A stretch of 64,000 bases of DNA from the human T2T-CHM13v2.0 reference genome, Homo sapiens. Shown here piece after piece: positions 55,788 through 64,000 of the stretch. The DNA lies in NCBI RefSeq assembly GCF_009914755.1, contig NC_060941.1; one strand, 5' to 3'. Positions within the stretch are counted from its first letter, which is position 1. Each line of letters opens with the position of its first letter. The position numbers were made by a program, and so were the translations under genes. The notes beneath the pieces are model-generated. The model was not told where the DNA came from and searched no databases. It was given only the letters and a program-made list of their open reading frames with translations.

Positions 55788-57372
55788 GACTTAATAGGAC
55801 ATCAGCAAGTGAATGAATCTCCACATAACAGAAATTCCCAAGACAGAAAAAGGCCCACAAAGCATATTTTTAAAAAATGACTGAAAATTTCTCAAATCCC
55901 AAGAAAAATTATACCATCCACGCACAGGAAGAAGTAATCAATCAAATTTAACCCAAAGGGGAAATCCCCAAGGCACACACTAATCAAATTAGCAAAAATG
56001 AAAGACAAAAAAAGAATACTCAAAGCAGCAAGAGAAAAGACACATATCATATTCACTGGAGCCCCAATACGGCTTTCAATGGATTTCTCAACAAAAACCC
56101 TGAAGGCCAGAAGAGAGTAGGATGCTATATTCCAAGTTTAGGGGTTGGGGGTGGAAAGGAGAGACTGACAACTAAGAATACATACCCAACTTCACTATTC
56201 TTCAAAAATGAAGGAAAGATAAAGATTTTCCCAGACAAATCAAAGCTGGGGTTATTCATCAACACCAGACCTGTCTTACACAAAATGCTAAAGGGAGTTT
56301 TTCAATCAGCAAGAAAGAAATGAATGCTAACATGTAACAAGAAAACATCTAAAGATATTAAACTGACTTGGAAAAACAAGAAAACAGACACATTCAGAAT
56401 AGTCTAATACTGGAATGGAAGCACTTAAACCACTATGTGTTCAGCATGCAGACTAAAAGACAAACTATTTTAAAATAATAACTACAATAATTGGCTAAGA
56501 GGCAATATAAGAAGATTCAAATTGAAGCATCAAAGAGTCAAAAATGTGGTGAAGGGGATGCTGTTAAAGTGCAGTTTTTTTCTTATTTTTCTTTTGGTTG
56601 TGTTCAAAGTTAAGTCACTATCAGTTTAAAATAACCTCTTATAACTAAAAGATGTTTTTTGTAAGCCTCGTGGTGGCCACAAAGCAAAGTAAATACACTA
56701 AAAATAGCACAGAATCAATAGATACACTAAAAATAGCATAGAATCGAAACATACTACCAAAGAAAATCAGTTAACCGCAAAGGAAGACAGTAAAAAAGGA
56801 AGGAAGGATTTACAAAACAATCAGAACACAAGTAAGAAAATGGCAGCAGTAAACTCTTTCCTATCAATAATAACTTTGAATGCAAATGGGTTAAATTCTC
56901 CAATTAAAAGACACAGAATGGCTAAATGGATTTAAAAGAAAACAAGATTCAACTGTACGCTGTCTTCAAGAAACTCACTTCACCTATAAAGACACACACA
57001 GACTGAAAGTGAAGAGATAGAAAAGGATATCTCATGCAAATGGAAACCATAAAAGAGCAGGAATAGTTACACTTATATTAGTTTATGTTGACTTTAAGAA
57101 CTGTAAAAAGAGAGACAAAGAATGTTATATAACAAATAAATACAGAAAGATAATATAATAATTGTAAATATACCTGCACCCAACACTATAGCACCCAAAT
57201 ATAAAAAAACAAAAATTAACAGACCAAAAGGGAGAGACTGACTGCAATGCAATAATAGTAGTAGATTTCAACATTCCACTTTCAGAATGGACACATAATC
57301 CAGACAGAAAATCAGCAAAGAAATATTCAAGGTAAACTGTCCTCTAGACCAAATAGACCTAACAAGACATTT

Positions 57373-58732
57373 GCTCTCCCTCTCCCTCTCCCCATCCCCT
57401 TCCCCCTCCCCCTCCCCCTCTGATGCCCAGCCGAGGCTGGACTGTACTGCCGCCATCTCGGCTCACTGCAACCTCCCTGCCTGATTCTCCTGCCTCAGCC
57501 TGCCCAGTGCCTGGGATTGCAGGTGCGCGCCGCCACGCCTGACTGGTTTTCGTATTTTTTTGGTGGAGACGGGGTTTCGCCGTGTTGGCCGGGCTGGTCT
57601 CCAGCTCCTAAATGCGAGTGATCTGCCAGCCTCGGCCTCCCAAGGTGCCGGGATTGCAGACGGAGTCTCGCTCACTCAGTGCTCAATGTTGCCCAGGCTG
57701 GAGTGCAGTGGCGTGATCTCGGCTCGCTACAACCTCCACATCCCAGCCGCCTGCCTTGGCCTCCCAAAGTGCCAAGATTGCAGCCTCTGCCCGGCCGCCA
57801 CCCCGTCTAGGAAGTGAGGAGCGTCTCTGCCTGGCCGCCCATCGTCTGGGATGTGAGGAGCCCCTCTGCCCGGCCGCCCAGTCTGGAAAGTGAGGAGCGC
57901 CTCTTCCTGGCCGTCATCCCGTCTAGGAAGTGAGGAGCATCTCTGCTGGGCCACCCATCGTCTGAGATGTGGGGAGCGCCTCTGCCCCGCCGCCCCATCT
58001 GAAATGTGAAGAGCACCTCTGCCCAGCCGCTACCCCGTCTGGGAACTGAGGAGTGTCTCTGCCCCGCTGCCACCCCGTCTGGGAGGTGAGGAGCGTCTCT
58101 GACCAGCCACCCTGTCCGAGAAGTGAGGAGCCCCTCTGCCCGGCCGCCGCCCCGTCTGGGAGGTGTACCCAACAGCTCATTGAGAACGGGCCATGATGAC
58201 GATGGCAGTTTTGTCGAATAGAAAAGGGGGAAATGTGGGGAAAAGAAAGACAGATCAGATTGTTACTGTGTCTGTGTAGAAAGAAGTAGACATAGGAGAC
58301 TCCATTTTGTTCTGTACTAAGAAAAATTATTCTGCCTTGGGATGCTGTTAATCTATAACCTTACCCCCAACCCCGTGCTCTCTGAAACATGTGCTGTGTC
58401 CACTAAGGGTTAAATGGATTAAGGGTGGTGCAAGATGTGCTTTGTTAAATAGATGCTTGAAGGCAGCATACTCGTTAAGAGTCATCACCACTCCCTAATC
58501 TCAAGTACCCAGGGACACAAACACTGCGGAAGGCGGCAGGGCCCTCTGCCTAGGAAAACCAGAGACCTTTGTTCACATGTTTATCTGCTGACCTTCCCTC
58601 CACTATTGTCCTATGACCCTGCCAAATCCCCCTCTCCAAGAAACACCCAAGAATGATCAATAAATACTAAAAAAATTAAAAAAAAATACAATGATACAAT
58701 TAAAAAACACAAATAAAAAATGGATTAAAAAA
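57373..58732 (+). mobile_element. Full-length SVA (older subfamily, A/B-like): hexamer, Alu-like region, short VNTR, SINE-R, poly(A)
   Basis: (CCCTCT)n-like 57374-57421; antisense Alu-like segment; GC-rich VNTR ~57780-58165; SINE-R ending AAGAATGATCAATAAA; TSD AAGACATTT at 57364-57372 and 58733-58741. Confidence 0.96.
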
Positions 58733-61700
58733 AAGACATTTACAGAATTTTCCACCCAACTGCTGCAGACATTTACAGAACATTTCCTCAACAGCACATG
58801 GAAGAGTCTCCAGTATAGACTACATATTAGGTCACAAAACAAGTCTTAAGAAATTTTTAAAAATCAAAATCATATCGTCTTTTCTGATCACAATGGAATA
58901 AAACTAGCAATTAATAACAGAAGGAATGTTGGAAACTGTACAAATCCATGGATATTAAACAGCAGACCCCTCAATAAGAAATGGATCAATGAAGAAATTC
59001 AAAGAGAAATGTTAAAATTTCTTGAGACAAATGAAAATAAAAATACAACACATTAAAACCTATGAGATACAGGAAAATCAGTTCAAAGAGGGAATTTTAT
59101 AACAATAAATGCCTACATCAGAAAAGCAGAAAGCCATCAAATAAACAATCTAACACTGCACTTCTAGGAAATATAAAAGGTAGAACAAACCAAACCCCAG
59201 ATTTGTAGAATAAATGAAATTATAAAGATTGGAGCAAAAATAACTGAAATTGAAACCAAAAAAAGAAAAATCAGCAAAACAAAAAGTTGTTTTTAAAAAA
59301 GATAAGCAAAAACTGGCAAACCTTTAGCTAGACTAAATAAGAAAAAAAAGAGAAGAGACCCAAATAAATAAAACCAGAAATAAAAAGGGAGACACTAAAA
59401 TTGATACCACAGAAATACAAAGTATCAGTAGAGTCTATTATAAACATCTACACGCCAACAAAATGGAAAGCCTATTAACAGAAGAAATGGATAAACTTCT
59501 GGGCACATGCAACATACCAAAATTCAACTATGAAGAAATAGAAAACCAGAACAGACCAGTAATACATAATGAGATTGAAGCAGTAATAAAATCTTTCATC
59601 AAAGAAAAACCCAGAACCTGAGGGCTTCACTGCTGAATTCCACCAAACATTTGAAGAACTAATATCAATTCTACTCAAAGTCAACAAAAAAATGAAGAGG
59701 AGAGAATACTTCCAAACTTACTCTACAAGACCAGCATTAACCTGATACTAAAACCCGACAAGGACACACACATACACACACACAAAGAAAACTAGAAGTT
59801 AATATCCTTCATGAACATAGATGTAAAAATCCTCAGGAACATACTAGCAAACTGAATTCAGCAACACATTAAAAAGATCATTCATCATGATCAAGTGGGA
59901 TTTATCCTGGGGATGCAAGGATGATTCAACATAAATATATCAGTAAATGTGATACATCACATTAACGAAACCAAGAACAAAAACCATATGGTCACTTTAA
60001 TAGATGCTGAAAAATCATTCAATAAAATTCAACATCCCTTTATGATTAAAAAAAAAAAACCTCTCAATAAACTGTGTATAGTAGAAACACTTCACAAAAC
60101 AGTAAAGGCCATATATGACAAACCCAGAGCTAACATCATAGTGAAAAGGGAAAAATTGAGAGCCTTTTCTCTAAAATCTGAAATTAAACAAGGATGCTCA
60201 CTTTCACCATTTCTATTCAACACAGATAGTATTGGGAGTCCTAGTCAGAGCAATTAGGCAAGAGAAAAAAATAAGGGGCATCCAAATTAGAAAGGAAGAA
60301 GTCAAATTATCCTTATTCACAGACAACATGATCATATATTAAGAAAAACCTAAAGACTCCACCAAAATAATGTTAGAACCAGTAAACAAATTCAGTAAGG
60401 TTGCAGGACATAAAATCAACATGCAAAAATCTGTAGCAATTCTATACACCAACAGTGAACAATCATGAAAAAAAATCAAGAAAGCAATCCTATTTACAGC
60501 AGCGATAAAAAAAATCTAGGAATAAATTTAACCAAAAGTAGTAAAAGTTTCTACACTGAAAACTTAAAACACTGATCAAAGAAATTAAAGAGAACACAAA
60601 AATGGAAAGATACTCCATGCTCATGGATTGGAAGAATTAACAATGATAAAATGCCCACACTACCCATAACAATCTACGGGTTGATTGCAATCTGTATCAA
60701 AACACCAATGAGATTCTTCAGAGAAATATAAAAAACAATTCTAAAATTTGTATGGAACCACAGAAGACCCCAAATAGCCAAAGTGATCTTGTGCAAAAGT
60801 TATAAAGCTAGAGGAATTGCACCATCAGGCTTCAAAATATACTGCAAAGCTATCATAACCAAAACAGCATGGTACTGGCAGAGAAATATACACACTGACC
60901 AATGGAACAGAATAGAGAACCCACCACACCTTTACAGCTAACTCATTTTTGACAAAGGTGCCAAGAACATACCTTGGAGAAAGGACAGTCCCTTCAATAA
61001 ACAGTACTGGCAAAACTGGATACCCATATTTAGAAGAATGAAACCAGGACCCTATCTCTCACCATATACAAAAATTGAATCAACATGGATTGAAGACTTA
61101 AATGTAAGACCTGAGAGTATGAAACTACTTGAAGAAGATATTGGTCTAGGCAAAGATTTTTTTTGGTAAGACTTCAAAAGCACAAGCAACCAAAGCAAAA
61201 GCAGAAAAATGGGATTATATCAAGATAAAAATCTTGAAAAATATTGAAGTAAATATACATTAGTATTGACTTTCTGCAAGCAAAGAAAACAATCAAGAGT
61301 AAAAAGAAATGAGAGAACATATTGGCAAACTATCCATCTGACAACAGATTAATAAGCAGAATTTATAAGGAACTCAACAGCAAAAAAACAAATAATCCAA
61401 TTTAAAAATTGGCAAATGATCTGAACAGACATTTTTCCAAAGAACACATACAAATTGCCAACAGGGCATGTGAAAAAAATGCTCCATATCACTAATCATC
61501 AGAGAAATGCAAACCAAAGCAATAATGAGAGGATATCTCATCCACTTAAAACTGCTATTATCAAAAAGACAAAAAACAAATGCTTATGAGGATGCAGAGA
61601 AAGGTGAACACTAATACATTGTTAGTGAGAATGCAAATTAGTATAGTCACTATAGAAAACAGTATAAAGGTTCCTCAAAAAACTAAAAATAATCTAGCAT

Positions 61701-62463
61701 ATAACCCAGCAATTCCACTGCTGAATATATATCCAAAAGAAAGGAAATTAGTATACCAAAGAGAGATCTGCACTCCCATGTTTATTGGAGCATTATTCAC
61801 CATAGCAAAGATATGGAAACAACATAAATGTACATCAGCAAAGGGGTGGAGAAAGAAAATGTGCGATATATACACAACAGAGTATGACTCAGCTATAAAA
61901 AGAATGAAATTCTGTCATTTTCAGCAACATGGATAGAATTAGATGTCATTATGTTAAGTGAATTAAGCCAGGCACAGAAAGACAAATATTGCATGTTTTC
62001 ATTCATATGTGGGAGCTAAAAAAGTGGATCTCATGCAGGTGAGAGTAGAATGACAGTTACCAGAGGCTGGGAAGGGTAAAGAGGAGAAGACATAAAGAGA
62101 GGTTGGTTAATGAATACAAAAATACAGTTAAACGTAAGGAAGAAGTTCTAGTATTTGACAGCACAGTGGGGTGACTATAGTTAATAATTTATTGTATATT
62201 TCAAAATAGCTAGAAAAAAAGATTTGAAATCTCCTTAACAGAAAGAAAAGATAAATGTTTGAGGTGTTAGATATCCTAATTTTTCTGATTTGATCACAAC
62301 ACTTTGCAAGAATGTATAAAAATCTCACATACATCTGATAAATATGTACAATTCTTACATATCAACATAAATTTTTTAAAAGTTTGCATAATTATCAGCA
62401 CTAATCATAAACAAACACACATACAACAAAAAACAAACCAAAAAAGTCCCCCCAGACCTAAAC

Positions 62464-62500
62464 TGTGTGTGTGTGTACACACACACACACACACACACAC
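62464..62500. repeat. (TG)n(CA)n microsatellite
   Basis: TGTGTGTGTGTGTACACACACACACACACACACACAC. Confidence 0.95.
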
Positions 62501-63521
62501 GAGACTTAGGGCACAAATATCTGCTTATTTTACTCACTTCCACTTCTCTCCATTTAAATATAAAACTTTGATGATAGCAAATAAGGTCTTCTACTTTCAA
62601 TAACTTCCCAAGTCGAGTCACTGTCTTTTGCTGTATTGATCTAAGGCATTTTCATTTATTCTAAATAGAATTTTTTTCATCACAGGGCATCCAAAAAGAC
62701 AAAATCAATAACCTCTGAGGAATACAGAACTCCAATTTTTAATGGTTCTATTAGAATACTAAAAATTAGGCTACAGAAGGACAAAGGAGGATTAATCTTG
62801 TAATTTTTAAATGCCTACTTTAAAACTAAACTAATTCATTTATAATTCTAGGTTTTATTTTCAAATAACCTTAACATAAAATATACTCTCTTTTAATTTT
62901 CTCCAAGTAAAACATAGTTTTCTAGCTTCAGACAACTAGACTTTGAAGTTAAGCTATTGACTTGCTCTCCTGGATTGCCAGAAAATAAAGTGCTCTTTAA
63001 TGTGCAGCAGAAGGCAGAGGGAGAAAGAGGAAAAGATTATTCGGGAAACTGTGAAAGCCATTGAGAAGGGAGCAGTCTATTTCCATCTACATCCATGACT
63101 CCACACTGACATTGAGCTTTGTAGTCCCTCTCAGGTAAGGATGATAGACCTTTGAACATGTAAATACTCAAGCATTAATGATGATAGGTACCCCTGCTTA
63201 TTTTGTTAATAAACAGATGCTCCAGATATTATTCTAATACTTGTTTAGTGGACTCACTGTGATACGAGTGCCTCACATACAAACCAGATAAAGTAGGAGA
63301 GCTGGGGCTCATGTAAAAAAGGGTCTAAGGAACATCAATTTCTTCTTGTTACATAGGAGATACATAAATACATTTAAAATATTTGATTTGGTTTGATTTG
63401 TGTATTTTGTCAAAGTAACAACAAAAGTCTTAGTTTTTCTTTTTAATTATGCCAATAATTATTTTTTAAGGTTTTTTTTGGCTTTTTAATTTTTTATTTC
63501 TTTAAATACTTATCCTACAAT

Positions 63522-63610
63522 AGTACTCCAAACCTCAGCATCACACACTATACCCATGTAACAAACCTGCACATGTACCCCCGAATCTAAAAAGTTGAAA
63601 TAAAAAAATT
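63522..63610 (+). mobile_element. Short L1PB-type 3' terminal fragment
   Basis: CCAAACCTCAGCATCACACACTATACCCATGTAACAAACCTGCACATGTACCC..A-tail. Confidence 0.8.
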
Positions 63611-64000
63611 ATCCTATAAAAAGTGTTAGTTTTTGTATAAGACAAGATTATAACCCCTGTCATAGTCAAGAAAGCTTTACAATTTAGGTCATTCAAAAGC
63701 ACATTAATATAAACCTTCATATAAATGAACACCAATTCATCGCATTCAAATTATGTACACATCCTAAGTTTTCCAAGTTATTTGTGTATGTTTTTACCTG
63801 GTAAATTAAATTATTGTTATATTTACAGGTGCCATTATCTATTACACCAGGCTATAGCTTATATATCCAGAGGAAAATGACAACTTTAGGTTCACCAATA
63901 TTTGTGGAACATAATAAAAAATATACGGGATATTGTTGGCCAATCAATTTTATAATTCTAACCTGAGGATAACATTTAATTTAAAGTTTAAGGATATAAA

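Larger units (their letters stand above)
50713..62382 (+). mobile_element. Near full-length old L1 (L1MA-type): 5'UTR, ORF1 remnant, long spacer, ORF2 remnant from ~56840 and 3'UTR; hosts an AluY, an L1PA and an SVA
   Basis: 5' GGGAGTGGCATCAGCAAGATGGTGGAATAG; ORF1 motifs (FNSRLD, ILKAAREK); ORF2 start ATGGCAGCAGTAAACTC..AATGGGTTAAATTCTCCAATTAAAAGAC; L1MA-style 3'UTR TTCAAAATAGCTAGAA..GATAAATGTTTGAGGTG. Confidence 0.88.

Noticed and set aside
57463-58180. GC/CpG-rich region with several ORFs, resembling a CpG-island promoter
   Set aside because: Fully explained by the SVA Alu-like and VNTR domains.

Overview
This is primate (human-like) AT-rich, repeat-dense genomic DNA; Alu and SVA elements point to a great ape or human. 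I found no intact protein-coding gene, and almost every ORF in the track is a by-product of L1, Alu, MaLR or SVA sequence. The one gene-derived feature I can identify is an old, heavily decayed processed pseudogene of calponin-3 (CNN3) on the minus strand (~17287-18491), split by an Alu, with a near-consensus CTCF motif about 100 bp upstream. The right end (~50.7-62.4 kb) is a near full-length old L1MA-type LINE hosting an AluY, a 3.3-kb younger L1PA and a full-length older SVA with a probable short 3' transduction. At 27-29.7 kb a complete THE1/MST MaLR provirus sits inside an older solo MaLR LTR, itself inside an L2. Several small clusters of local repeats and palindromes look like template-switch repair scars, and a few isolated exon-like segments remain unverified. 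I did not find evidence for a new biological system. Subfamily calls and old-repeat boundaries are by eye and approximate.
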